A stretch of 59,964 bases of DNA, filler included, from Sphacelaria rigidula (lineage: Eukaryota), in NCBI GenBank assembly GCA_964200075.2. It is 9 parts of 9 records of this genome, joined end to end, with 100 filler letters (N's around TTAATTAATTAA, not from the genome) between each part and the next. Parts side by side here need not be neighbours in the genome. Positions count along the whole stretch, not along the records: positions 33,372 to 39,945 come from CAXNAA020019277.1; positions 40,046 to 46,618 come from CAXNAA020019278.1; positions 46,719 to 53,291 come from CAXNAA020019279.1; 6 more parts are not named here. One strand, 5' to 3'. The notes beneath the pieces are model-generated. The model was given only the letters and a program-made list of their open reading frames with translations. It searched no databases and was not told the DNA's origin. Shown here piece after piece: positions 37,831 through 50,546 of the stretch (positions are counted from its first letter, which is position 1; every line of letters starts with the position of its first letter). A program made the translations under genes and the position numbers.

Positions 37831-37836
37831 AATTAA

Positions 37837-38898
37837 CCCTTTTGGGATCGAACCCCCACTTACACAGGGTTGAACCCTGTGTTAGTAGAAAAATAAATAT
37901 AAGTCTTCGAGCGACCTGCCCAATCACGGCGAGGCGAAATTTATCGACCAGACCCGAACGACCAGCGCGGGCATTGTTGTCGAGTGTGATGCCACCGCAA
38001 ATATCGTGTGGGGGCCTTATCTCTGGCCCAGATAAGCCTCCCTAGGTTTCTAAGTGCAGCGTGGTCGCAGCTTGTTTTATAGTATTGCTTGCACTTGGTA
38101 TAGCGTTTCCGAGTTTTTCCGGGGTGTTTAGTGAGTCCCAATTCTACACTGAAACGCAGTACTTTATACCAACACAGGGTGGACCGGAAAAAACCGGGAA
38201 GGAGTGTACATACTAAAATGTGGTCATTTTCACGAGGTACTAAACCCAGGTGGGCCGAGGAAAGACAAAACGAGCTACCGTCATGAATTCTGCTTTTCCC
38301 TCTGCCGATGACTTGCAGTGTGCAGTCAACGTGACGTTGTATGTAGTGGGCAGAGATGAAGAAGCGGTATTTAGGCAGTTGATGTGAGTAGCTGAGAACT
38401 GCCCAGAACGTGCAAGGGAGTATGCAGGGGCAGCTGCTGCTGCAGTCGGGGAGGGGTACTGCACTGCACTTTTCCCATACTATACTGTATGTATGCGCGC
38501 CGCAAAGCTGATATACCCTTCGAAGGGAATATGCCGCATACAACAGAAAGGGAAATGGCAGCCCACCTCGACCACAAAGGGCTGTGTGGCAAAGTGAAAG
38601 GGACAACAATACCATCCAAAGCCACAAGTGGCGGGCGGCCCGCCGGTCGCCGTATCCTATTGGAAGCTCTCGACCGCGACCCATACTGCTTGCTACATCA
38701 GATGTACNNNNNNNNNTGTACACTACCTAATGCGCACCCTGCACCTGAAAATATTTTGGATGAAACTTCCGGTCTTTGTCATGACCCCATGGTTACATAC
38801 GCGGATTTTCACACGCCACTGTCTGTTTCGTGCAGACGCCAGACACGTCATTCCTAAGCATTCTCAATGATCGTTCTGGAGGTCCGGTCCCAAAAGGG
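37837..38898 (-). mobile_element. Non-autonomous piggyBac-like element, copy 2
   Basis: TTAA|CCCTTTTGGGATCGAACC ... GGTCCGGTCCCAAAAGGG|TGAA; same subterminal hairpin (ACACAGGGTTGAACCCTGTGT) and body as 2555-3582. Confidence 0.8.
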
Positions 38899-39089
38899 TG
38901 AAGGGTAATAATTAGTTTTCAGGTATCAGTAAAATGCCCTCGACTCATTAAAAAAGAAACGGTACCGTCGTAATTTTTTTCATGCCTTAAGCGTTGTCCA
39001 TACCAAATTTTACGCTCCAACTCCAAACATTGAGCTGAGCATGGGCCTGCAAACTTCAAACCCGCCTCTCGGCTGGCCCAGCTCGCAGT

Positions 39090-39510
39090 AACATAACCCA
39101 GCGGTGCACATTCTGGTCAGGTGAGATATACAACACAACTCAGCGGTGCATTCTCCGATCTGGTAGGTTTGAGAACATGGCTCAGCGGTGCACATTCTGG
39201 CCTGGTCAGTTATCAACATAACCCAGCGGTGTATATTCTGATTGGGTGAGTTATAGCAACATCACTCGTGGGTGCATATGCTGGCTAGGTGAGTCACAGA
39301 ATATAGGTCCCCGGTGCATATCCTTGTGGGGTAGGTTAGGAAAACATACTTCAACATTGCATATCATGGCCAGGTAAGTTCCATAACGAATCTCAGTGGT
39401 CTCATATTCTGGCCGGGTGAGTCATAAAACTAAGCCAGCGGCGCGAATTCTGGTCAGGTGAGCTGGATAACACAACTCATCTGTGCAAGATCTGGCCGGG
39501 TGAGCTGTAC
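39090..39510. repeat. Degenerate ~42-bp minisatellite, ~10 units
   Basis: Consensus approximately AACATAACYCAGCGGTGCAYATTCTGGYCAGGTGAGTYANAN. Confidence 0.85.
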
Positions 39511-39869
39511 CTCACTACATAAGTTACACAACATACAGTAACCCAATGACTGCATTATTATTAGGGCTGTGAACTGGCTGCTCTGGCCAGTTAGATTTAA
39601 CTGGCCGCGCCAGCGGGCAGTACATCGATTGTTTTCCAATTAATCGGCTTCGCCGATTAACTGGAAAACAATCGCCGAGCCGCCAACGCCCCCCCCCGGC
39701 TGGGGAGGGGGCCCACCGGCAGCGCCGCCGGAGGCGACAAAATTTGCGGTATTTGGTTTGTTTTCCCTTCAAAGATGTGGAACGAGGTCGGAAATGTGAC
39801 CCCTCACATTGAGAAGCAAGTCTTGGGTGACACCGGAGTGCCCGACAAAAAACCCTCCAAGATCCCATG

Positions 39870-39902
<33 letters not shown>

Positions 39903-39945
39903 ACGCCCCCCACCGCGCACTCGCCACGTCCGAAGGACCACAGAC

Positions 39946-40045
39946 NNNNNNNNNNNNNNNNNNNNNNNNNNNNNNNNNNNNNNNNNNNNTTAATTAATTA
40001 ANNNNNNNNNNNNNNNNNNNNNNNNNNNNNNNNNNNNNNNNNNNN
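39946..40045. other. Artificial contig linker
   Basis: N44-TTAATTAATTAA-N44. Confidence 0.98.
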
Positions 40046-40118
40046 GGCTGATGCACCCACATACACCGAAAGGTGTAGACTGGTGCCCAGAATAAATGGA
40101 ACGACAACACACAACACA
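40046..40118 (+). mobile_element. SINE 3' fragment at contig start
   Basis: GGCTGATGCACCCACATACACCGAAAGGTGTAGACTGG...CAACACACAACAC. Confidence 0.8.
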
Positions 40119-41405
40119 AGCTGGATCACCATGTGACTTTGCTCGCTGGAACAGGGTGATCTCACATCCAGCATTTCGGAAAATAACCAATAGTACCAGG
40201 AGCGATTTAACTCGGACCCAAGACCAAATATAAGACGTAACCCAGCTTGGTTTTTGAGAAGATGTGTTGTATGCCAACATGTGCGTGCAGTTCGATACAT
40301 CACTCTACAGCTGCGTAGGGCAAACGTTTGTTGGAGAATTCTTGTTTATTGCTCGGATCGGCTTGTCGCGTGCAGAGAAAGCGCGAGAGCTTGATGCAAA
40401 TCCATTATTCTGAACAAAATGGACATCATATGTACATACGTTATCATCCCGGATTAGGAGAATGACCCCGACTTGGCCACGTCTCTTGCCTACCATATCA
40501 TCAAAGGGGAAAACACAAGCATCACGAGGGAAACGCGTTCACGTAGTCAAGATTCGCCAACGAATGTAGCTCTAGACCGCGTTAGCTCGCACGGTAACTG
40601 CTCCGAATCCAGATCACATAATTTCACATAGGCCACCATCATCGAACAACGCCTGCACGAAGAAAAGCACACCTCAAAGCCCATCGTATGTTATCTGGAC
40701 AACGTGTTGACACATCCCGACTCAGTATCACAACGAGACGAGAAATCCAGCCATCGCTACACTATTGAACTGCAGGGCCCACAGCTGCCGCGCTGTCGCC
40801 TTTTCGCGACATGGGTCCCCAATCACATCATAAGTCTTCCGTGAAGCTTTGCACTCGTATTGTTTGCTTCACCGCCTCTCAAGGAATCGAGAGTGAATCC
40901 TGGTGTCGCAATAACGATTCGCTTCTCGTGCCTGTGTGTGATTTTTTTACCGATGTTCTTGCGGCAACACCCAAGACATGCAAATCGGTATTCAGACAGT
41001 ACACAAACATCATAGTCAGCACAGTAACACAACAGAAAACAGCGTCGATGGCGGGCGTGAGCGATTTCAGGACGCGTCCCTTGTCCCAAGGGCATACTCC
41101 GTGTTGTGATGGATTGCTGTGCTGTTCTGCGGAGCAAGGATGTCGCTTTGTCATGATTCATGGTGCCAAGTTATGCCTTTGCTTTCGCTTTGCGAATCAG
41201 TGCGTAATTATTGCTCTGCGCACCGGATGGTTCAGGGGGCGCGGCTTAAGGACATCCTGGAGTGTCACTCGCCACGAAAGTATGCACCCGTGAACATTCG
41301 CCGTCAACCAGATACCAGGTTCCCTTTGGCTGCTGCTAGCCTCCCACCCACTCTCTCCCCACATTTGCAATACAAACAAAAACCCATCCGTCTGCGACGT
41401 CGCAA

Positions 41406-41783
41406 GTGTGTTTGTGCCATCCCATCTATGCTGGACGCTAGTCGACAGCTTACGGTATACGAGGGCGCATCAGCCCGGATAACACAAGAGGAAGGTCAAC
41501 ACAGGAGTTTTCGTTATTACTCCCTAGATTATTGTTTTATTTTGTTTCAGTACTCCAGTTTCCTTCTGTGATGCACATGTTACTTTTTGTCGCGAGAAGG
41601 GTCTAGCGGTTCCTTTTCCTCGTCGACCGTGAAGTCGAAGTTTATGTACCCACGTCATAGTCGCTCTCCACTGTTGAGCATGACGTGAAAGAAATCCCAG
41701 ATCGTGTGACTCACCGATATTAGAACCCACGTCCCAACCATGAAAAGATTTGAAGGTTCTCAACTAGACCACCCTGGCGACCG
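41406..41783 (-). mobile_element. tRNA-derived SINE, diverged copy 4
   Basis: Reverse complement starts GGTCGCCAGGGTGGTCTAGTTG, contains CAACAGTGGAGAGCGACTATG, ends GATGGGATGGCACAAACACAC. Confidence 0.75.
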
Positions 41784-42833
41784 ACCCTCGTATACTCCAG
41801 AAATATGCCCTTGGTGTCCTCGCCAGTTGGTACGCAAAATGCCCGCAATCCACCCTATTGAAAAACATCATGCAGCGGCGCCTATCCGAGATATGATTAT
41901 CTATATCCAGGTCTTCCCTCATCGTAATGCGTGTACGTAACACTGCTAGCACCCATCCTATTATAATTACCAAGCGCCATCATTATTGATGAACTCAGGG
42001 TGATCTGTATCGTATTTCCAATACGTCAACCAACTACGACCTGCCGTTCTCTCTTCCGATGACACCAGCCATACGCATCTGGTGGGCGGATACGGGAACG
42101 ATGCTGATCCTCACAATAAATTCATGACCCTTTGCTCGGACTTTCCGGTGAGATTTTACAAGGGCCGGACTCACACCTGTCTATGCTGAATGTCCAGAGC
42201 GGGCCAGAAACTCACCATCTCTTGTGCACGAGTAGGAGTTACTATTTACTGCATATTTTCTTCCACCTACTCGCGCTCGTTGCACCATCTTGGACTTGCG
42301 TGAGCGAAGCACGTGTATATTGAGGGCTGGCACCCTTGTGCACCCGCTCACGGAATGCATGTGGTGATGACACACTCCTTCATTTCTTGACGGTGTGACG
42401 ACTCTGAACCAACCAGGACTTCTAATCCTCCCACAACAAACGGGTTCTCCCCGAAACTGAAAACGTCGAGCCGCAGCAAGCTGGGAGTTCCCCCCTCTGT
42501 CACCACTTGTCTCCGTCACCACTTGTCTCCGTCACCACTTGTTCGAACCGCGCTTCGGGCGTTAAAATATCTGGTGGAGGTGATGAAGCCTTTCAGCTAT
42601 CGCTTCATGTATAACACCCAGGGCGCCGGATCGTGACTCGGAAAATTAACGTTGGACTCTGATGACGTATGTAATTGGACGTGATTGTGTTGTTGCGGCT
42701 CGAAGGTCGAAGTTCCGGAGAGCATCGTATGGTTCGAAGACTGCATCACGTGTGCGATACTGCTCCGAAATGACAATATCCACCAGCATCACGGCCACCT
42801 TTGCTTTTTATACATCGCTCTTGCATTTGGTAG

Positions 42834-43002
42834 GAGCCCGTTCAAACCCGAGGAGCGACTGATCAAGCGTTTGGTTGCTGTGGGGGGGGACTGGGTGCAG
42901 CCTCGGGGAGACATGTATGATAAATTCAGGGTACCAAAGGGACACTGCTGGGTAGAGGGCGACAACTACAACGTCAGCGGAGACAGCAACCAGTTTGGCC
43001 CG
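42834..43002 (+). CDS. IMP2: Exon of mitochondrial inner-membrane peptidase subunit 2 (S26 family)
   Basis: RSPFKPEERLIKRLVAVGGDWV...VPKGHCWVEGDN...SGDSNQFGP carries the S26 catalytic Lys box (IKR) and the GDN...S.DS..FGP box; TAG acceptor, GTGAGT donor at 43003. Confidence 0.9.
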
Positions 43003-43998
43003 GTGAGTATCGCCTTCACCTCTCGATGGTAACGCTACAATTTGGCACCTTCCCTGGGCGAGCAGCTGGGTTGTTGAATGAAGTCAAGAGCAAGTTTGTT
43101 TCAACTCTGGGTGTTGAACGTGCCATTTAACCCCTACCGCGCCACAACATTGGGCTGCCATCGCACGAGCAATTGTCTATCCCCATCGGGTCAAAGAGGC
43201 ACCCCAGCATGTCTAGGCAGCGCTAGTAAACGAAGTGACGCATGAGGTCCCTCCAAGATTCGTACCCGAGTATTCCGCTAGCATGATGTTCCGGTCGCGC
43301 TGCGTGTCGATTTCCATTGTTGGATACAGAGGGGTACACAATAGCTTTGAGAAGCTGACCCAAAACAATGAATAAGGGTGTAAATTTTCGCTCACGTTGG
43401 TCTAAAAAAAAAGGCGAGAGTGATGCCGTTCACGTATGTGCATGGCGCGTCCAAAGCTGTCATCAAGCAGTGCCAAGGTGATGCTCGACTTGCTCTACTT
43501 GTCCATCTCCAAGTTGCGACCAGAAAAAATGCGGATGAGCTATCACCACGGCACTGTTTTTCTCCATTCGGCGACAAGCTTGTAACCATTGTTGTTCCTG
43601 ATCTGACGATTTGTTCAATCCAAGCGTTAGTTGCTTCCGCACGGCCAACGCAGTTATTGAAGACCCGCATGAATTGTACAAAGTTCTCTGAGGGAGGCGG
43701 CATAGTGCGGTGGGTCGCCAGCAGGCATCACCGCACTATACTTGTATAGTAAATTAGTATAGCGGATCGGACTTATGACACGTAATTTTTGTTTCAAGTG
43801 TACTTTGGTGGGACATATGCTGCATTTGTTTTGCGGCTAAATTTGCACCGGCCGTGAGATATTTTAATTAGGAAGAGCAAGGGCAGTAGGGCGCACATCA
43901 CTGGCCGTCGATTGCTGAGAACGCCCAAGAATATTTGCGGTTTCAAATGCTTCCCTCCTCCCCTTGATTGCCATTGTCACTCTTTTTATGTCTTGCAG

Positions 43999-44097
43999 AT
44001 CCCCCTTGCACTCATTGAGGCGAAGGCTTCGTACGTATTGTGGCCACCACACAGGATAGGAAAGCTCGAGCAAGGATTACCCGACTCCAAGCGATGA
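43999..44097 (+). CDS. IMP2: Terminal exon of IMP2
   Basis: Pyrimidine tract plus CAG; phase 0; IPLALIEAKASYVLWPPHRIG...* continues the S26 pattern (vp.gli.g.a..i.WP). Confidence 0.85.
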   Translation: MPLALIEAKASYVLWPPHRIGKLEQGLPDSKR

Positions 44098-44873
44098 CAT
44101 CGGCACATCACATCGATTTTCGAGGGGCAGCAGAGTTCGGGGTGTTCTGGCTTGCGTTCGGATTTTGGCCTTTGGCTCGAGACTCATGTGACCAATGGTC
44201 GCTATTTTGATCTTCTTTTTTTTTGTCTCCGCGCTTGATGACAACCATGTCGATCGCTGCGAGCAATCTGGAGTTTAGGAGATTTTCTTTGAATGCAGGT
44301 GTGTCGCTATCAGAGTACTGTAGTGTACGGCTTCCCTCCCGTGTTCTGCCACGTTTGCACAGGTCGTATTATAGTTTGATCTGTGACATGAATCCGAATC
44401 CCCTCGAAAATGTAATGAGTACAAGTACGCGTAAGCGACTACAACCCTAGCGTTCAGCTTCATTCATTGTGGCTGTCTCGCTTGTACAATATGGATGACT
44501 AGCGAATGTCTTTCGTGTTTGTTAATGATGCAGCGCTTTCCTCCCCTGTCGAGTGTTTTCAAGTACATGCATGACGTGTATTTAGCAAGTGGTTCATCAA
44601 TTCAACGTTGCACCGACATCCGCGAGCGACCGTCTGACTCTCACCATTGACCATGCCCACAAGCAACGACCAGAGGCTCGCCCCAGGCGTGTCTTGGCTA
44701 GGCACCGCTTGGCGCTGTCCCCTCTCCCCGCGACCTTATGCAAGATCATGAGTACACCCCCCCCCACACGCACACACACACCTCCTCAGCACAACGGGTG
44801 GCATCAACGAGCGAGGGGGTTGGCTTCATCGTTGACAAGCGTCGTATGTTTGGCCGTCGTGTGTGTTGGTCAC

Positions 44874-45030
44874 GCACCACGATTTTTCGGTAAGAGTGAG
44901 AGTAGAGGATACGAGTGAGAGTGGAAAACGGTCCATTCGTGAATGAATCGTTTCAGTTCCGAAATGCCCCTCATGAGGTCCGATATTCTTGCTGTAGTAG
45001 CTTGCCACTGCTAGGGGTGCTAATCGGGGC
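44874..45030. mobile_element. ~300-bp MITE family, partial copy 3
   Basis: GAGAGTAGAGGATACGAGTGAGAGTG...CCGAAATGCCCCTCATGAGG...GTAGCTTGCCACTG matches the 8550 and 10328 copies. Confidence 0.7.
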
Positions 45031-46244
45031 GAAAAACGTGTCCGGGCTGTTCGAGGAAATCACAACGACCACAGACAAAAGTTCCCCTTTTCCTTTCATG
45101 TCTTGGGATGCTCCGCCCAAATACACTTGCTTTTACAATCCAATCTCTTGACGGGTTGATCGCGTGTGCAGGCAACACGCTCCCTGTTCACACCCTAAAT
45201 GCTGTTAGGGACCCTCCACACGCAGCCCTTGGCGAGCTCCTTATCCTTCATCTTTGAAGGCGCACCCCCTAAACCTGGAAAAAACATATAATTTGAATAT
45301 ATATTTCCGGCTTACTGATCTGACTGCGGGACGTGCCCTGAAATGAAGCTTGCAGTGCAATGCTTTGGGGTTGTGCGCACCCAACGCAACAATCGGCACT
45401 CGAATCGCACACGTAACCGTGGAGAACCGCCCGGATTAAACTTATCAATCGATGGAGTACGTCCTGGGCAACGCACCATCCCCAATAAATTCAAGTGGAA
45501 AAAAAATCACAGGCAGGAGGGGCTCGCATAGAAACGTCGGGGTGTAGATCTGAATCGGTCGCGGAGTAACTTTACTTCAGTGCGTACGCATGTGCAAATA
45601 TAATACCCTCGGACATTTTCTGCTGAGAAAAGCCTTGCCGCTTGTGTACACAGCCGCACAAGGAACCCAAGGTAAAAAACATTGCGTGTACTGGAGCAGA
45701 CAAAACCATGGTGACCGAATAGTGCTCTCCTCTTCATCTGTGGTGTTGATTGTATTGGTACCGCCATGTTCGCCGTACCGCATCTGCAGCCTCCGTCCGC
45801 TGCGACTTGAGCTTGTACATTGAGAATACACCAGGGGGCAGCACGGAGGAAATTTTCGGACACGTAGCCTCCCCCCCCCCCTCCCCTTCCCGGAGGGCAT
45901 TTTTTCGAAAATTGTCATGATTTTTTCGATTTATTTTTTGTCGAGTTTGCCGCAAGGAATTGATCAACAAACACTGTTTTGTTTTTTTCTGTTAATTTTG
46001 TGACAAGAAAGTGATCAATAAACGCTGACAAAAACCGAAAAGTCTGGTGGGCCTTGTGGGGTTCGTATATCTGCTTGTTCTGTCCCGATGGCCTCAGACA
46101 CCGGAGGGCACTTTTTCGACAATTCAAATTATCCTGATTTTTTTATAAGTTCTAGTAGCTTTATTGCAAGAAATTGATAAATGAACATTGACAAAATCCG
46201 AAACGTTTGGTGGGCGTTGCGGAGTGTATGTTTGCTTCTGCTCC

Positions 46245-46500
46245 TTTACATATTTATATACAATATATAATATAAGGATCATATATATTATATAACATAA
46301 ATATTAATGTATAATTGATTATATAGTATGTACTGCCCCTCGATAAATATTCATATATACAATTATATAATATATAAATATATTGTAGACAATATATAAT
46401 GCAGTTGGTATATATTAAGAAGAAGCATATGTATACTATAGGCCTATAATATCAACCTATATTATACTATATAAAATACATGAAACATAATATATAACAA
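46245..46500. repeat. AT-rich low-complexity tract
   Basis: TA-rich degenerate repeat, in sharp contrast to the flanks. Confidence 0.8.
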
Positions 46501-46618
46501 CAAATTGTGCGAATTGAGGTTCACCTTTGAGATGAGGCTCAAGCCTAAAACTGTTTTCCCCACACTTTCAGCGATGGTGCCCAATGACGTTTTTGTTCCC
46601 CTAATGCCCCCCCGTCGC

Positions 46619-46718
46619 NNNNNNNNNNNNNNNNNNNNNNNNNNNNNNNNNNNNNNNNNNNNTTAATTAATTAANNNNNNNNNNNNNNNNNNNNNNNNNN
46701 NNNNNNNNNNNNNNNNNN
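46619..46718. other. Artificial contig linker
   Basis: N44-TTAATTAATTAA-N44. Confidence 0.98.
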
Positions 46719-46799
46719 CCCCCCCCCGGAGAGGCGCGGGGGGCAGGGGGCCAATGGGCAGAGAAGGGGAAAAAGCCGCCCCCCCCCCCCCCCCCCTAC

Positions 46800-46857
46800 C
46801 GAAAGGGGTGCATGGTCAAATAGTCAAGCGACTAAGGCAAGTAACAAATGAGTGCGC
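46800..46857 (+). mobile_element. LINE 3'-end fragment (C-tract family)
   Basis: CGAAAGGGGTGCATGGTC...ACTAAGGCAAGTAACAAATGAGTGCG between two poly-C runs. Confidence 0.7.
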
Positions 46858-49269
46858 CGCCCCCGCCCCCCCGCCCCCCCGCCCCCCCCCCGCGCGCGAT
46901 CCCGAGATTCGCTGAAATCCGAATATTTTCGTGCAAGATGTGAGGACGCTACTGCTTCTCGACGTTTTACTTGTAGATGGGCAAATGACATTGATTTCCA
47001 ATTTTGTTTTGGTGGTGTTGCCCGGCACGTGTTCCTCTTGTAGTTGCAAATGAGCAGGTGAAAATTGCCTTTCAAATTGTCGTGTTGGCAGGCGGAGCCC
47101 ACGCGTGCCCATTTTTCGGCAGCAACAGCACCTCAGCACCCCGCACAGCACGTCTTGTGGTGGTCTGATCGAGTCTGCGGCATCCGACACGGTGACGTTA
47201 GGTTGTTGAAAATGTATCCCCGGCCCTCATCATCCACTGTGCTCCTATGGCTAATCGCTCGAAGAGTTTGTTCTCGAACTGATTCGCGGTACTGTAGATA
47301 CAACGTATTGATAATTTCAAGACATAACGTTCCAGTCTCTATGCCGCTGCTTTTAAAGGCGACAGGCTGCCCCTAGCTAACATTTCCGCTCTTTCCAACA
47401 TTATTATCACGCCCACAAATATTTTCGCTGGCAAATACACTGCCTTGAGTGAGATCGCGCTCTCCCTGGGCGCTCCGGCGTCAGCCAGCCGCAGGTCTTG
47501 CATATCAGTGCAGTGTTGGTCGGACGACAAATAGCGAGTAGGTGTGCCGAACACACCGTAAAATCCAAGCCTTTTTTTCACACGATCGGCGTCGATCTAT
47601 CGGGTCATTGACCGCTGGATTGACCGTCGCACATTAGCCAATCTCCTGGGAATGAGGCCAAAAGATGAGACGTTACTGCACGTGTATTTTTCACGAATCC
47701 TTGTCCCCTTGAAGTGATTCAACGATGGTCATCTCAGAGTTACGCCCAGTTCAAAGATGGCTACGTGAGACTTCTAGTCTTCTTGCCATCCGATCCAAAG
47801 ATAGACACGTGATAGCTGTACCCCGTATACCAAGATGGTCATGTGGCATTTCCAATTTCGCCGTCCGGTTCAAATGCCGTTCTGTGTGCTACTCATAATT
47901 TACATAGCCGGTCATGCGCATTTCCGCACCGGCCACGGTTTATCCACCAATCTGCCGCCGCGTCATAAGTACACCAACGTCGGTGCCTTTTCCGCATGAC
48001 CAAAGCCATGGGTGGGAGACCAGGACATATACCCTCTCTTCCCCTCCCGTGTTTTCGCCTGTCTATTTATGCGCTCCATACCTGAATTATTTTTCTCATG
48101 TTCCCCGTTGTTGTTCATTTGAGTCTTTCACCTCTCTTTTATTGTTTCCTCGTTTTTTCATGACATCGTGCCGAAACGGAAGGAGAAAGTGCCAGCTCGC
48201 AGATTTTTTATTCTGTTCGGACACGAATCATGTGACAGTTCTCGAAAACTATGTTGTGGTTGGTTTGAGAGTTTGTTTCTACATGCCCACCAGCTTACAC
48301 ATGGCGCGTTAGCATTATTATTACGCGTGTCCTGTATACCGGTCTGGCCAGACGGGTCGTGTCAGACTGTTTCCCGGGAGTGGGCACGTGAAATTTTCAC
48401 ACTCTGCCGCCCAGTTTCAAAGATGGTCATGTGACATTTGTGCATGATTTGAATATGGTCATGTGACAGTTTTGGATCGCGCGTGAAAAGCCTCGGTAAA
48501 AGCGAACAGACAGCGATACAATACTTGAAAACGTGTTCACCTCTGGGAATTCTTGGTGACCGTGACCGCGGACGACTACCGAACGATGTAAAACAATTCG
48601 TTACATGTCCTTGTCGCATCTCACCATCGCCGCAGAGACGTCAAGTTGGATCCCTTCCTTACATTGTATAAAAATTGATCACGTTCGTGATGTATTTTAA
48701 TATCGCGAGTCACCAACTATAGTAAGGACAGCACTAACCATTGCCGGGAAATGAAACATAAACACCGCGCTCTTTTTTTTTCTCCTCCAGAAAACTCACC
48801 AAGACTGCCCCCATGCCCGACATGATCCTACCCGGCAACCGGCCGCTGCGCGGTGAATACCACGCACCAGGACTCCGATGGACGACGCGCTTGCTTGCTT
48901 GCTGTGGTCGAGAGCTCACGATTCCTTACCCCGCGACCACGGTTGCTAGACCTGGACAATTATTACAAAAAAATCTGAGGAGTGTACAGTACAGTTGAGA
49001 AACAACGGCACTGAAGAAGGCATAGTTTGGTATATACTGCTGCATATTCAGTACAAACATGTATTGTGTATATGAGGCAACTTTTCAGTGAAACAGCAGA
49101 GTACACGCACAACGTGCAAGTAGACTACCTGGCAATTCTGATTCTCTGAAGTTTCAGACGGTTACCGGTTGGTATTGTGCTTGTCTTCCTGAAGTATAGA
49201 TACATGTGGTACATATTGCGAATGGTTGGGTTGAGAAAAGTAGAGTTTCACAGGTAGCTTGGGTAAGGT

Positions 49270-49737
49270 AGGTACCCGGTGCCGGTATCGGGAACATCTC
49301 ATACCCTGCCGATACCGGTCCAATCGGGCATTTTCGAATGTCATACCTGCGATACCCACAATACCACGTTATTTCCATATTTCAATACCTATCGTACCCG
49401 CTCGATCGGGTATTTTTACATACGATACCCACGGTACCACGGTATTTTTATCTTCAAATACCTACCGTACCCGCCCAATCGGGTATTATCAAATGTCATA
49501 CCCACGATATTTACGATACCACGGCATTTCGAGATTTCAATACCTACCGTACCCGCTCAATCAGGTATTTTCAAATGTCACACCTACGATACCTACGATA
49601 CCACGGTATTCCGAGATTTCGATACCTACCGTACCCGCTCAATCAGGTATTTTCAAAACTCATACCTACGATATACCCACGCTCACCACGGCATGGGATA
49701 CCCCGGTAAATATCGAGGGTATATCCGGTAAATACCA
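49270..49737. repeat. GATACC/GGTA-rich element with ~82-bp internal tandem units, copy 1
   Basis: ATACCTA.CGTACCCGC recurs at 49385, 49458, 49540 and 49622. Confidence 0.85.
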
Positions 49738-50546
49738 GACGCGATACACTCCCCACGGTGCAGCAACTGGTCCCAACTCACGCAAAGGCCATAAGTTGTC
49801 GGAGCAGGTGCGTCTTGTTTTCACGAGTAATACATACCCAGATTCTCCCTGAAATTCGTGTTTGATCAATTCGAATGAACTTATCATTATGTAGTAGTCT
49901 GCAGTGCGGTCGATTTTTTTTTTCGATCTGATACGTCCACCGCATCTCTGTTCTTAGAAGGCTTCAGATCAAATTTGTAACTAGTGGCGCCCGGAAAAAG
50001 ACTACAAAACAAAGAAGCTAAGCTTTTTCGATAGAAAACATGAGGTCGGAAGGCACGAAGCGGCACATTACTCCTATCTTTCAGATCACCACGCCAGATA
50101 ACACCCGTCCACAGAACTATACTCACTCCATCCAACTCATTCTCAGCTACCACCGCAACCCTGCAGCATCGAGCACGAGTTAAGCACAGGGATAGATACA
50201 CTGCAGCAGTTGGTTATGGTTTGTTCATTTTTTATTGGCGAAAACTTGCGCATCTCCTCTCATGATAGGACCAGCGACAAAACTGCGTTGAACGGTAGGC
50301 AACCGAGTTGCGTATATGCTCATATACCTACCGTACAGTATTTTTTTTCGATCAAATGGGGCGTGCAGCTTTGTACACGGTACCTACGGTGGGTACTGGT
50401 CTCTCGAAATACCGTGGTATCGTAGGTATTCGCTCAAATAAATTCCACCGCCCCATTTGATCGGAAAAAAATGTGCCAAGACACGCTCTAAGACGCTCCT
50501 CCGCACTGCCGGATGGCAGTTTCGAAATCGGTACAGAGGGTAAAGC

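Noticed and set aside
39090..39510. Possible CRISPR array
   Set aside because: Units are similar along their whole length with no unique spacers, no cas genes, eukaryotic context.
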